In this document: in pieces, positions 14,115 through 28,812 of the stretch
Layout: each line of letters starts with the position of its first letter
Numbering within the stretch: position 1 is the stretch's first letter
Source: Piromyces finnis finn
Taxonomy: Eukaryota > Fungi > Neocallimastigomycota
DNA: 64,000 nucleotides
Assembly (NCBI GenBank): GCA_002104945.1
Contig: MCFH01000049.1
Location: 124,001-188,000 of the forward strand
Reading direction: 5' to 3'
Program-made: the position numbers and the translations under genes
Notes under the pieces: generated by a model
What the model saw: only the letters and a program-made list of their open reading frames with translations
Databases searched by the model: none
Told to the model about the DNA's origin: nothing

Positions 14115-16226
14115 TTATATTGTATTGTAGAATAATGTTAAAATAAATAGCATAAAAATTAAAAGTCTTAGTCTTTTATTATCATATATTGAATTAGCAT
14201 CGCTAATAATTTCTGAATGAGCAGAAATTTTATGATGAACCACAATAGTATAAATTCCTTCTTTTCTGGTTTCTGAAATAATATTAGAGTTCGATGATAG
14301 AGTAATATTTACCATATATGTAATACCGATTTCAGCTACACCTGATTTTTTTGCTACAAGTTTCAGTGTCTCGGATTGTTCATCAAAAATAAATTCGGCA
14401 ACGGTATCATTACTAGATTCTGGTATAACTTCAAAAGATAAATGTGTGATTTCTGAAATGGGTTCATTACCTCTATAAACTTTAAATAGAAATTCTTTTG
14501 TGGCATTCATTTCCATCATTTCATTCGAGGAAAGAATATCTAGGCCTTCAAATTTCATAATGAGATCCGTATTATTTTTTGATCGTTTATGTTCATTTCT
14601 ATTATTGTTATCTTTACTTTTTTCAAAAGTTAATCTTCCTTGTGAAAATCGATACTTTTCAGGAATACGATCAAACTTTTTTAAATATTCTATAAATAAA
14701 TCACTTTGTAAAGCGAAATTTGATTGAATAATCTTGGAATCAGAAAATGAATAACCATCTCCGTGTTCATATAAAATATAAGAATTCGAAGCAATATTAT
14801 AACGTCGTTTAGGATCGATAGGTTCACCATTTACTAAAACATTATAAACTCTACGTTTACCGGAAATTCCAATAAAAACATTTCTCTCATCTAATTGAAC
14901 CGTAGAATTAATCATTGGATCTACACTGTAGGTTAATCCTGATGTATGGAGAAGCCCACCATTGTTTTCAGGATATTTACTTGCACTCATTTCAAGAGCA
15001 TCTAAAATAGTTTGACCTGACATTTCAGAGATACTGACATAAGTAGCAAACGGTATAATAGTAAGGATATCATTGATCGTAATATTTCCTTTTTTAATTG
15101 ATCCTCTTATACTTCCTGCATTGCATAAAGAAATATCAACAGGTCCATACTTTTTGGATTCTGAAAGAATAGAATCGGCTACTAAATCTGTTAAATTAGT
15201 TTCATTTTTTCTTACAATCCACATTCCCTTTTCGTCAATTGCTTCAAAATCAAAATCAGTTTTTGTTAAATATACATTTATTGATGTTTCATAACTGTCT
15301 TTGATTTCTTTTATGATTTTTGTTACTTTCTGGTCTTTTTCTTTAATATCTACAGGATCAATCAATTCTGTTTTTATATGACCATCAGTGGTTATAGTAA
15401 CTTGTCCTATATAGGCAAATCTGGATCCTGATTGTGTAATTGGAACATCAATACCCTCTATGTTTTTTTGTGTGAATGAAGGAATAACTTCATGAGAATG
15501 TCCATCAATGAAGGCATCAATACCTTTGGTGTTTTGAACTACCATACTTGATGTCCAAGGCCCAGTAGCATCTACAACACCACCCAAATGTCCAAGAACA
15601 ATAACATAATCTGCTCCGTTTTTTCTAGAATCATCAACTGCTTTTTGTACGGAATCATACAACTTTTTACCAGAAGAGTCTAAATCAAAATCATAAATAT
15701 AATTGCCATTATTATTCATAAATGATGATGGTTTAGATTTTGTTATCGTTTCAGGGGTACATATTCCTATAAAAGCGACTTTTACATTTCCATAGGATAT
15801 TATTTTGTATGGTTCAAATACTAGTTTTCCAGTAATTAAATTTCGAAAATTACATGATATATAATCACATGTAAGGTTTTTAGATAATTGATAAAATTGA
15901 TTCATACCATAATCAAATTCATGATTTCCTGGAACTGCTAAATCATATGGTAGACTATTCATAATATCAATAATATAACTACCACGAGATATTACACCAA
16001 TAGGTGCTCCTTGCATTGCATCGCCAGCATCAACTAACGAGACATATGGTGTTTTTTTTCCAACTTTTTTTTTATAGTAACTTAATCCTGCATATCCAAT
16101 ATTATTATCAACGGCACAATGTACATCATTAGTATATATAATTACAATATCATGATCTGGATTTTTTCCAAAACATATATTAAACAACAGTTGTACTATT
16201 AATAAAGCAAATAATATGACCTTCAT
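14115..16226 (-). CDS. Secreted or membrane-anchored 5'-nucleotidase, copy 2, with an extra C-terminal domain
   Basis: Intronless 703-aa paralog of 11874-13694 with TNDVH, DAGDAMQG, PGNHEFDYG, DGHSH and NAGSIR. It has about 100 extra residues before the hydrophobic tail. Confidence 0.93.
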   Translation of the reverse strand: MKVILFALLIVQLLFNICFGKNPDHDIVIIYTNDVHCAVDNNIGYAGLSYYKKKVGKKTPYVSLVDAGDAMQGAPIGVISRGSYIIDIMNSLPYDLAVPGNHEFDYGMNQFYQLSKNLTCDYISCNFRNLITGKLVFEPYKIISYGNVKVAFIGICTPETITKSKPSSFMNNNGNYIYDFDLDSSGKKLYDSVQKAVDDSRKNGADYVIVLGHLGGVVDATGPWTSSMVVQNTKGIDAFIDGHSHEVIPSFTQKNIEGIDVPITQSGSRFAYIGQVTITTDGHIKTELIDPVDIKEKDQKVTKIIKEIKDSYETSINVYLTKTDFDFEAIDEKGMWIVRKNETNLTDLVADSILSESKKYGPVDISLCNAGSIRGSIKKGNITINDILTIIPFATYVSISEMSGQTILDALEMSASKYPENNGGLLHTSGLTYSVDPMINSTVQLDERNVFIGISGKRRVYNVLVNGEPIDPKRRYNIASNSYILYEHGDGYSFSDSKIIQSNFALQSDLFIEYLKKFDRIPEKYRFSQGRLTFEKSKDNNNRNEHKRSKNNTDLIMKFEGLDILSSNEMMEMNATKEFLFKVYRGNEPISEITHLSFEVIPESSNDTVAEFIFDEQSETLKLVAKKSGVAEIGITYMVNITLSSNSNIISETRKEGIYTIVVHHKISAHSEIISDANSIYDNKRLRLLIFMLFILTLFYNTI

Positions 16227-16711
16227 TTTTATTTAGAAATTTTTTTATTTTTAATAATTAATACCTATGTAGTAATCATAACATCAGCGATAATTTTATA
16301 TATTATTTAAAAAAAAGAGTATAATACATTTAGTACTATCTAATCTATTCAATTCTAATTACTTTATTAACTTTTTTGATTTTCATGTTTTATATTGCAC
16401 TAGTCTTTTATTATTTTATCCTAATTTTAAATAAAATATTTTTTTTGATATACATTTATTAAAATTAAACATTTTAGAGTTATTAAAATTTAACTGTTAT
16501 AAAATAATTGAAACAAATCAATAAATTAATATAGATAATAAATTTTATAATTTTTATTATATAAAATTATTAAATTTAATACTAAAATTTTTTTTTTTTT
16601 TTTTAAATTTGATATTTCCTATTCTATTATATATTTTTAAAGGAGAAGCTTTTTTTAAAAAATAGTTTTTTTTTCTAAAAATATTTAAATGTATAGATTA
16701 TTGATATAGTT

Positions 16712-17242
16712 ATGAGTAAGTTTATAGAAACAAAAGAAATTGAATTACAAGGTTTAGGTTTTGTATTTCATTCAGGTGGTATTTTAAAATCAAGAGAAAA
16801 TGGTTATGATTTTTTAGAAAATGAATTTTGGGAACCAGAAGATGTTTGTAAATATGTTAATAAAGGAGATATGACTGCTTTTTGTACAGGTAGTCCAGGA
16901 AGTTATAATTTGAATTTTTATAATGGAGTACAAAGTGATAATGAAGGGGAAGATAACAAAAAATATGCAGCTGAAGTACATCTTGCTATTAAAATTGATT
17001 CTGGTATTCTGTATATTCGTGATTTATATGAATTAAGTGAATGGGATAGGGAATGTAAAGAGACGGAATTTTTATCCTTAGACAATGGTATTTATCTTCT
17101 TTCTGCTTATAAAAATGAAATTACAAGTGATGAATTTTATGAAAATGGACAAGATATAGATATTTTTTTACATAAAGTTGAAGAAATGCCTAAGCTAGAT
17201 TTTGATAATGTTCCTATGCTAATTTGTGAATCAGAATTGTAA
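16712..17242 (+). CDS. Hypothetical acidic protein of bacterial type (176 aa)
   Basis: Clean intronless ORF with no signal peptide, conserved-looking motifs (FCTGSPGSY, YIRDLYELSEW, EEMPKL...VP) and GC content above its flanks. Confidence 0.8.
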   Translation: MSKFIETKEIELQGLGFVFHSGGILKSRENGYDFLENEFWEPEDVCKYVNKGDMTAFCTGSPGSYNLNFYNGVQSDNEGEDNKKYAAEVHLAIKIDSGILYIRDLYELSEWDRECKETEFLSLDNGIYLLSAYKNEITSDEFYENGQDIDIFLHKVEEMPKLDFDNVPMLICESEL

Positions 17243-17383
17243 CAATAAAAATAATATATAATAGAAAAAAAATAAATTAGTATTAAATTTTTATAATCAA
17301 AAATATTTTGATATTTATTTAAAAGAAAGAAAGTAAAAAATTATATATGTGATTTAAAAGATTTTATAGTATCTTTACCTTTT

Positions 17384-17894
17384 TTAACTTTTTTTTAATA
17401 TTGATGAAAATTTAACATTAACTTTTATAGGTTTAATAAATTTTATATCATTCCTTAAATTTTTAATTTCTTCTCTCTGATTCCTAAATTTACATTCTAA
17501 TTCCTTTATATTATTGTTTACTTTTTCATTATCTTTATTATTTCTTTCTGTTATATTATTATTTAAACTATTTATGAGTTCTTTCAATATTTAAATCCCA
17601 TTTTCATTATTAGTACTCTTTTCTTTTTTATTTTCAATTTTTTTTTAAGATTCTCATTTGCTTTTAATTTTTCTTCTTCAGCTTTTTAGCATTTCGTTCA
17701 GCAACTTCTAATTTCTCTTTTAATAAATTTATTTCTTTTTCTAACCTAGTTATTTTTTCATCTTTAATATTTTGTTCCAAAAATTCTGATTCTAACCCAT
17801 TTTCTGCAATATTAGTATTGTTGCTTAAACTTCTACTTCCATCATAATAATAAGAATTCTCATTATTTTCAGTGGTTTTTTTTAGAATAATCAT
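17384..17894 (-). pseudogene. Chimeric coiled-coil pseudogene
   Basis: 17894-17664 is an internally deleted copy of 26232-25396. It joins, out of frame, a tail homologous to ~28640-28480, which carries an in-frame TAA at 17593-17591. Confidence 0.7.
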
Positions 17895-17935
17895 TATTAT
17901 TATTAAAGAAAAACATTATTAATTTTTAAATATTT

Positions 17936-18253
17936 AATCTTTTTAATGTCTATTTTTTAATTAATTGAATATTAAGGGTTATTATATTTAAAATTTTTAT
18001 GGCCAATTTCATAAATAAATAATTTCTAAAATGAATTTTTTTATAATGAAATTAAAAAAAAAGTGATTATTCATTGCATTCTATTTATATTTTAAATAAA
18101 TTGTTATTAAAAAACCATCAACTAAAATTACAAAAAAAAAAAAGAAAAGTGTTTAAAAAATTCTTTTATTTATATTATAATAACTAGTAAGCTATATTCA
18201 TTTTTTCATTACTTTTTATATAATTATAGGGTCCTCCTATTACTTTGGATTAT
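17936..18253. repeat. Near-identical dispersed duplication of 26413-26727 (noncoding spacer)
   Basis: About 315 bp match directly (aatctttttaatgtctatt...tataggg...ggattat), with only small indels. Confidence 0.9.
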
Positions 18254-18576
18254 AGATATATACCTTGTATAATAATAAAAAATACAGATATGTATCCTTT
18301 TATAAAATATTTTAAAAAAATAATATAATTCTTTTGAAACGTTTTAATGAAAATATTTAAAAAATATTTGTATTGATATATATATTTTAAATGTCTATAC
18401 TTTTTCTTCAATAATTTATTCATTCATTCTATTATAAATATAAATTTTATATTATTTTATTTTATATTTATTATTATTATTTTACAATTTATTTAAATGC
18501 TCTAAAAATAAAATTTTCTTTTGTCATTATTATTTTTATTATTTTAATATTTATTATCATTTTATTTAATACCCCA

Positions 18577-19473
18577 TTAATTTTTTTTTAGTTCTTCAAT
18601 TATTTTAAGACAATCCATATATTCCATTTTAAAGAATTCACAATCATCTTTAATATTTGAATTTTCTTTAGCTAATTTATCTTTTTCTTCATTTAGTTGA
18701 CTTATTTTTTTTTCAGCTTTTAAGTATTTTTCCTCAAAAATTAATTTTTTGTTTAATTCTTCTTCCAATTCTAATTTACGCTCTTTAATAAATCCTATTT
18801 TCATTTTTAATGAATTTATTTCATCGATTTTAGCTTGATTCTCCATAATTAATTGATTTACCCTTTCATTGTTTTCATTTTCTCTTTCTTCTAATTTTGA
18901 AGCACATTGCTTAACGGTATTTAACTCTTTATATAATAAAGTTTTTTCATTTATATATTCTTGGTTTTGTTTTATTAATTGATTATTTTCTTTTGAACAA
19001 TTCTCAGTATCATCATATTTATCATCATATTTATTATCATATTCTTTTTCTAACTCTAATAAAAGTCTTTTAGAAGATTTTAATTCTTGATTAAGTCTTT
19101 GATTTTCCTTTTCAACACTATCAATTTTCAATTGAAGGTCTTCATTTTCTTTTTTTATCTCTTCTATATTTTTGTTTTCTTCATTATTTTTATTAAGGCT
19201 TATGTCATTTAAGAGCTCTCTTAATTTTGTAATTTCATTCTTAAAAATATCCATTTTTTGTTCTAATTCTTTATTACTTCTTCTAACATCATCTAATTGT
19301 TTTCTTTTTTCCTTATATTCTTTAGAGTGTTTATCATTTTCATTTTCAAGTTTTTCAATTATTTCTTTTAATTTATCCCTTTCTTTTAATATCTCATCAA
19401 ATTGTTCTTTAATATTTCTTAGTTTATTTTGATTTTTTTTGTTTTCATTGGAACTTTCTTCTTCATAATCCAT
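18577..19473 (-). CDS. E/K/N-rich coiled-coil protein (298 aa)
   Basis: Intronless ORF with heptad-like composition. Its 5' part and upstream region are duplicated at ~28760-29000, and its 3' part at ~27070-27410. Confidence 0.7.
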   Translation of the reverse strand: MDYEEESSNENKKNQNKLRNIKEQFDEILKERDKLKEIIEKLENENDKHSKEYKEKRKQLDDVRRSNKELEQKMDIFKNEITKLRELLNDISLNKNNEENKNIEEIKKENEDLQLKIDSVEKENQRLNQELKSSKRLLLELEKEYDNKYDDKYDDTENCSKENNQLIKQNQEYINEKTLLYKELNTVKQCASKLEERENENNERVNQLIMENQAKIDEINSLKMKIGFIKERKLELEEELNKKLIFEEKYLKAEKKISQLNEEKDKLAKENSNIKDDCEFFKMEYMDCLKIIEELKKN

Positions 19474-20702
19474 TTTTTTGAATTACTTTTTTTTTCGTCA
19501 ATTAATATTATTGATAAAGAAAAGATAGAAAAAGCGAATTTTTCTTGTTTTTTTTTTTAAAAAAGAGTTCCCTTAAATATGTCTTTTGAATAAGTTAATT
19601 TTATTGGTTGAAAAGCTTCCTTTTCCTTATTAACATATAATTTTGGACAGTTAAAATTTTAATTTTTTTTTAATTATAAAAATATTCCTATTTTTATTTA
19701 GGTATAAAGAATAGTGTGGCGGTAGAAGTTTTAAATAATAGTCACAATCTCGTAAAAGAAGAGGGTAATGAATATAAAAATAATAAAATAGCAAATAATT
19801 AATATTATTTTCAAAAGATATTATTATAAATTATGATCTATTAATACTATTTGAATTATATAACTCTTTTTTTTTTTTTGCTCATTAGATATTTAATATT
19901 ATTTAAATGAAAAACATAGATATTTCTATATTTTTATTGTATAATTAATAGGCTATAGTTATATTTTTACAGCTATTTTTAACATATAATATAAGAAAAG
20001 AAAAGAATATTTATATTTTGAATAGCTTTTATTTATATGAAATATTTTGTTGAATATTAATAAATATTGATATATTTTATAGGTTTTTAATCTATCAATC
20101 TTTTCATAGTATTAATGCTTAATTAACTTTTTGATATTCAGATTTCATTTTACATTAGTCATTAATCCTAATCAAAAGTAAAACATCTTTTAATGCTCAT
20201 CTTATTAAATTATTTTAATATAAATTTTATAATAGAGAGAGGATTAATAAATTTTAAATAAAACATAATTAAAGCAATTCATTGTATCGGAAATAATATA
20301 TACATGATGGCTAGTCAAAATAAAGTAATAAGTAAACCTCTTTATATTAACTATAGAAATCATAAAGATAAAAAAATAATAATAAAAACAAAATTAGAAT
20401 ATATTATAAAAAAAAAAGGATGTGGTTAAATAGTTAAAGTACTTTAAAATAAAGTTTGGAGAAATAAAATAAGATGTAACGAATAAAAAATAGTAATTAG
20501 ATATTTGTGCTTTCATTCTAAACTTTTTTCATAATAAATATAATATTCACCCTTATCTTTTTCTTTCTTTTTTTTTTTTTATAAAAATGATATAAATTAA
20601 AATCAATGGTTCACATTTTAATATTTGAAAAGTTTTTATTTAATCATCAAAGTTAGCTTATTCTAAAAAGACCTTTATTACTGTTGTGTAGCATTGGAAA
20701 AA

Positions 20703-20792
20703 AAAAATAACAACTTTTTTATATTAGTTTTATTACAAAGAGTGCCAAAAAATAACAACTTTTTTATATTAGTTTTATTACAAAGAGTGCCA
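20703..20792. repeat. Perfect 45-bp tandem duplication
   Basis: aaaaataacaac...ttacaaagagtgcca occurs twice, ending at 20747 and 20792. Confidence 0.9.
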
Positions 20793-22051
20793 GAGTATGT
20801 GAAATAAATATCAAATATATTGAAATATGTTGTAACAAATTAAATGTATAATCTACATTTTAAATATATAAATATACGCAATGTGTATTAGTAACTTTGT
20901 AACTTACAAAGTTAACTCTTAATAATAGCACAAGTATTAATAAAGCAATGCTATAATAATAACAAACCTTTGATTAATAAGTGTATTAGTTATTTATTTA
21001 TTCATTTACTTGTAATAATATATTTATTTATAATAATATAATTATATTCATTTAATTATAAATATAGCATTTTATAAAATTTTATTGGAATTATTGGTAA
21101 CCCTTTTTGGAATATTCTTTTAAAAAAAAATAATTGGATTATTTTTTACAGAAATAAAGTTTTAAGGTGTATGATCAACAAATAATTAAATAGTTTATAA
21201 ATTAATTTTAATAGATAATATTTAAGATTTATTTATTTTTAATTAATATTTTTAAAATATATATTTTTTTGTTCAAAATATAAAATTAAATTAATTTATA
21301 ATATACAAAATAAGGTTTTGTGTAATATTCGAATTTGAAACATTTTTAAATTAAATTTAATGAAACAATTTTTTTTTAAAAATAAAAGAATTTTTAAATA
21401 TGAAATTTTATATAATGTTTAAAAATGAAGAGTAAAAAAAAAAAAAAAAGTTAAATTCTTTCATTATAAAGTTATTTTTCAATTTTCTTTTTTTTCATTT
21501 TAAAAAATATTATAAATAAGTTTATTGAAAATTTTATTCTTCTTTAACACTTTTTACTAATAAAACTCCTTTTTTTTAAATAATAGTAATTTATTGTAGA
21601 TCAAAATAAATTTAAAAGTTACCAATAAATCCTTAGGAAAATTATCCTTTGGTATGACAAAAAAAATTTAAATTTTTATTTTTTTTTCCCTTTTACCCTT
21701 TACCATTCTCATAAAAAAGAAAGAAAAAAAAAAGAAAAGAAATATTCAAAAGTAATTTTATTTTCAGTAAAATTACAAGTTTTATAATAACAAAAGAAAA
21801 TAAAATATAATGAATTTTATATAATATTTATAATAACATTTATAATAAAAAGATAAATTGTATAAAAAATATTTCTTTTTTTTTTTTACAAAATGTATTT
21901 AAACAATTTAATCGTAGCTTTGATATTTTGTGGTAAATATAAAAAAAAACAATTAAATAATATAATAGGCAATATACCTTTTTATTATTATTAAGATTTA
22001 GAGTTGGAAATTGAAAAAAAAAAAAGATTTTAAAATATTAAAAATATATAA

Positions 22052-24873
<2,822 letters not shown>

Positions 24874-25239
24874 TAAAATACGGGAATTTATGTTTATTTT
24901 TTCTTATTATATATTTAAAAACCAGATAAAAATTATTTATTCAAATAAACTAGAATGAAATCAAAAATCATTTATTATTATATATAAGTTTTATATATAA
25001 AATAAATAATATCAAAACTTTTATTATTTAAAAATATTTATACTATTATATTTTTATCTTTATTTTTTAACTTTTTTTGTTTTTTTAAAAAAAAATTAAA
25101 GAAAAATAGAGCATAAAAACAATTATTAATTAAAAAAAAAAATAGTTATATATTTTATTATACTTTAGTGTTATACTAAAATAATAATTCTTCAATTGAA
25201 TAGGTAATAATATGGCATTAAATTCAAATACTAATTTTT

Positions 25240-25275
<36 letters not shown>

Positions 25276-25395
25276 ATTTTTATATGTATTTGTAATATTA
25301 AAAGTAATGTATTATGTATTATATATGTTTTATATTTTCTTTCTTTTTTTTTCTTTTTTTTTTAATGCTTAATATTCATTCATGCTATTTAAAAA

Positions 25396-26232
25396 TCATA
25401 AATATTGATTATTTCTTTCAAGCTCCTTTTTATAAATATCTAATTGTATTGATAATTTGTCATTTGAGTTATTAATTTCTGAATTTTCTTTATCTAAGTC
25501 TGATATTCTTTGATTTAATGAATTTATTTTATTTTTATATTCTTGGTTTTCTTTTACTAATTTATTATTTTCTCTTTTTATATTATAAAATTTTGATTCT
25601 GATTGTTCTTTTAATTCCCTTTCCGATTCAAATTTTGATTTAGCAGATTTTATTTCCATATTTAATGAGTTTATTTTAGTAATTTGTGTTTTTATTGTCA
25701 TATTTAATTGATTTACTTTACTCTTATTTTTTTCATTTTCATTATTTATTTGTTTATTGATCATTAATTCTTCATTTAATGAATTTTTATACTCTTGGTT
25801 TTGATTTATCAATTTGTTTTTTTCCTCTTCAGCTTTTTTAGCATTTCGTTCAGCAATCTCTAATTCCTCTTTTAATAAATTTATTTTTTTTTCTAATCTA
25901 GTTATTTTTTCATCTTTATCTTCAATATTTTGTTCCAAAAATTCTGATTCTAACCCATTTTCTGTAAAATTTTCAGATTGATCTTTGCTTTTAGGTGATG
26001 ATCTTATTTCATTATCAAAACTTTCGTCTTCATCGTGAATATTATTAACATCAGAATCAAAATCAGAATTAAAATCAGAATCAATACATAAATAAGAACC
26101 ACAATTGGAAGGAGTTTTCTTATTTAATCCAGCACTATAGCCAATATTAGTATTGTTGCTTGAACTTCTACTTCTATCATTATTTTCAGTGGTTCTGTTA
26201 GAATAACTATTATTATTATTAGAGGAAAACAT
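25396..26232 (-). CDS. Coiled-coil protein with an S/N/D-rich N-terminus (278 aa)
   Basis: Intronless ORF. It is the full-length parent of the deleted copy at 17664-17894. Confidence 0.7.
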   Translation of the reverse strand: MFSSNNNNSYSNRTTENNDRSRSSSNNTNIGYSAGLNKKTPSNCGSYLCIDSDFNSDFDSDVNNIHDEDESFDNEIRSSPKSKDQSENFTENGLESEFLEQNIEDKDEKITRLEKKINLLKEELEIAERNAKKAEEEKNKLINQNQEYKNSLNEELMINKQINNENEKNKSKVNQLNMTIKTQITKINSLNMEIKSAKSKFESERELKEQSESKFYNIKRENNKLVKENQEYKNKINSLNQRISDLDKENSEINNSNDKLSIQLDIYKKELERNNQYL

Positions 26233-26996
26233 TATTAATTTTTAAATATTTGACTTTTTAATAAATTTAAAAATAAAAACTTTTTTTAAAAAAAAGATAG
26301 AGAAATTTTTTTTTTTTTTTATACTTTTTTTTTTTTTAATAAAAAAAATAACTATAAAAGAAAATATAAACTTGATATTATATACTTAGACATTGTTTTT
26401 TTTTTTTTTATCAATCTTTTTAATGTCTATTTTTTAATTAATTGAATATTAAGGGTTATTATATTTAAAATTTTTATGGCCAATTTCATAAATAAATAAT
26501 TTCTAAAATGAATTTTTTTATAATGAAATTAAAAAAAAAGTGATTATTCATTGCATTCTATTTATATTTTAAATAAATTGTTATTAAAAAACCATCAACT
26601 AAAATTACAAAAAAAAAAAAAGAAAGTGTTTAAAAAATTCTTTTATTTATATTATAATAACTAGTAAGCTATATTCATTTTTTCATTACTTTTTATATAA
26701 TTATAGGGTCCTATTACCTTGGATTATTATTAATTATAATAATTATAATTTTTAATGATACAAAAGAATATTATGAAGGTTTATTATTTATAATAATATT
26801 AATTTTTCATCTATAATATACTATGTTATATTATTACTATTAAAATCATTTAGGAGCTTTCATAATGTTTGAATTTCTTTTATAAACAATATTTTCTTGT
26901 TCTAATACTTTATTTCTACGTATATAGGCTGTTTTGTTACTTTCTTATATTTTGAAATTTCTATAAAATTTTCATTCACTTTTCATTTACTATTTT

Positions 26997-27768
26997 CTTC
27001 TTGTTACTTTTCAATTTCTTTATTTTCTTCAAAAATTAAATTTTTGTTTATTTCTTTTTTCGTTTCTATTTTACGCTCTTTAATAAATCCTATTTTCATT
27101 TTTAATGAATTGATTTCACCGATTTTAACTTGATTCTCCATAATTAATTGATTTACCCTTTCATTGTTTTCATTTTCTCTTTCTTCTAATTTTGAAGCAC
27201 ATTGCTTAACGGTATTTAACTCTTTATATAATAAAGTTTTTTCATTTATGTATTCTTGATTTTGTTTTATTAATTGATTATTTTCTTTTGAACAATTCTC
27301 AATATCATCATATTTATCATCATATTTATTATCATATTCTTTTTCTAACTCTAATAAAAGTCTTTTAGAAGATTTTAATTCTTGATTAAGTCTTTGATTT
27401 TCTTTTTCTAATTCTGTTATTTTTTTCTTCTTTTTTTCATTCGGTTTTCTTTTTTAACACAATCAATTTTCAAATAAAGACTTTCATTTTCTTTTTATAA
27501 GTGTTTGAACATTTTCAAGAATATTTTTTATTTCGTTATTAAGTTGTCTTTTTTTTATTATACACAGATTTTAATTCATATATTTTTTCATCTTTTATAA
27601 TTTCAGTATATTTTAAAATAGTCTCGTATTCATTTACTAATTTTAGATATTGATTATGTAACTCGAAGTATTTATTTTCAAATGTATGAAACCCTTCTTC
27701 TTTCTCAGTGTTATAACCATAGTCACATCATAATCAAAAGAAGAATTAATATTTTTACTTTTAGGCAT
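26997..27768 (-). pseudogene. Coiled-coil pseudogene
   Basis: ATG at 27768 (MPKSKNINSSFDYD) followed by frameshifts and stops. The 3' part (~27410-27070) is nearly identical to 19110-18770 of the intact coiled-coil gene. Confidence 0.65.
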
Positions 27769-28269
27769 TGTTAATTTTTTGCTTTTAAAAGAAATTTACT
27801 TTTTAAAAAATAAAAAAAAGAAATACGAAATAAAAATATATTATTATAATTTTCTTTTTTATTGTAATTCCAAGGTTCTTTTTTTTTTATTATTTAAAAA
27901 AATAATATTTAAATATTTAAATTTATAAATATTTTATTAATCTTGACCAAACTTTTAATTAATAAAAAAAATTATTATATTATAATTAATTGAATATGTT
28001 TAAAGAATCTATTTTATTATTATTATTAATATTTTATTTTTATTATATCTAAATTTATATGTGAGTTATTATGAATTGGTTCTCTTTTCTATTATAAAAA
28101 AAAGAAAAGTGTCCATTTATTCCATTCCATTTATATTTTAAATATATTATTAAAAATTACAACTAAAATAAAATTATATGAAAGAAAAAATAGGAAGCTC
28201 TAGAATTCAATCTAATAAAATTAATAAAATTCAAAATTGATAGGAAAAGGCTTTCTTTCCTATGTATGT

Positions 28270-28812
28270 TTAACGCCGTCTCCTTATGGTTAAATAAATA
28301 GTCGATTTATTTTGAATATTGTAATAAGAAACAGTACGTTCACCATCTAATTGTTTGCCTTCAAAAATTAAACGTTGCATATTTATCGAAGTACCTTCTA
28401 TAACTTGAATCTTTGTTTTAACTTTTTTTATAGTATCAAAAGGATAAATATCTTCAATGGTATAAATTTTATTCTTTAAAGTTTTAATATTAATATTTAT
28501 AGATGTATCTTTTTCATTATTTTCATTGTTTCTTTCTGTTGTATTATTATTTAGACGACTATTTATGAGCTCTTTCAATGTTCGAATTTCATTTTCATTA
28601 TTAGTACTCTTTTCTTATATATTTTCAATTTCTTTTTTAAGATTCTCATTTTCTTCATTATTTTTATTAATGCTTTTGTCATTTAAGAGCTCTCTTAATT
28701 CTTTAACTTCATTCTTATAAAGATGGATTTTTTGTTCTAATTCTTTAATATATCTACTATCATCTAATTGTTTTCTTTTTTCCTTATATTCTAAAGTTTC
28801 TTCATAATCCAT
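28270..28812 (-). pseudogene. Coiled-coil plus ubiquitin-like domain fusion with one in-frame stop
   Basis: ORFs 28812-28615 and 28578-28270 are in the same frame, separated by a single TAA at 28617-28615. The UBL reads ININIKTLKNK...DTIKKVKTKIQVIEG...QRLIFEGKQLDGERTVSYYNIQNKSTIYL and ends in RRRR* instead of LRGG. Confidence 0.8.

Noticed and set aside
12053-15294. Plus-strand ORFs 12053, 12541, 12656, 14500 and 15073
   Set aside because: They are antisense shadows of the 5'-nucleotidase genes.
19172-19432. F/L/S-rich plus-strand ORFs here and at 28526-28720
   Set aside because: They are antisense to E/K-rich coiled-coil genes.
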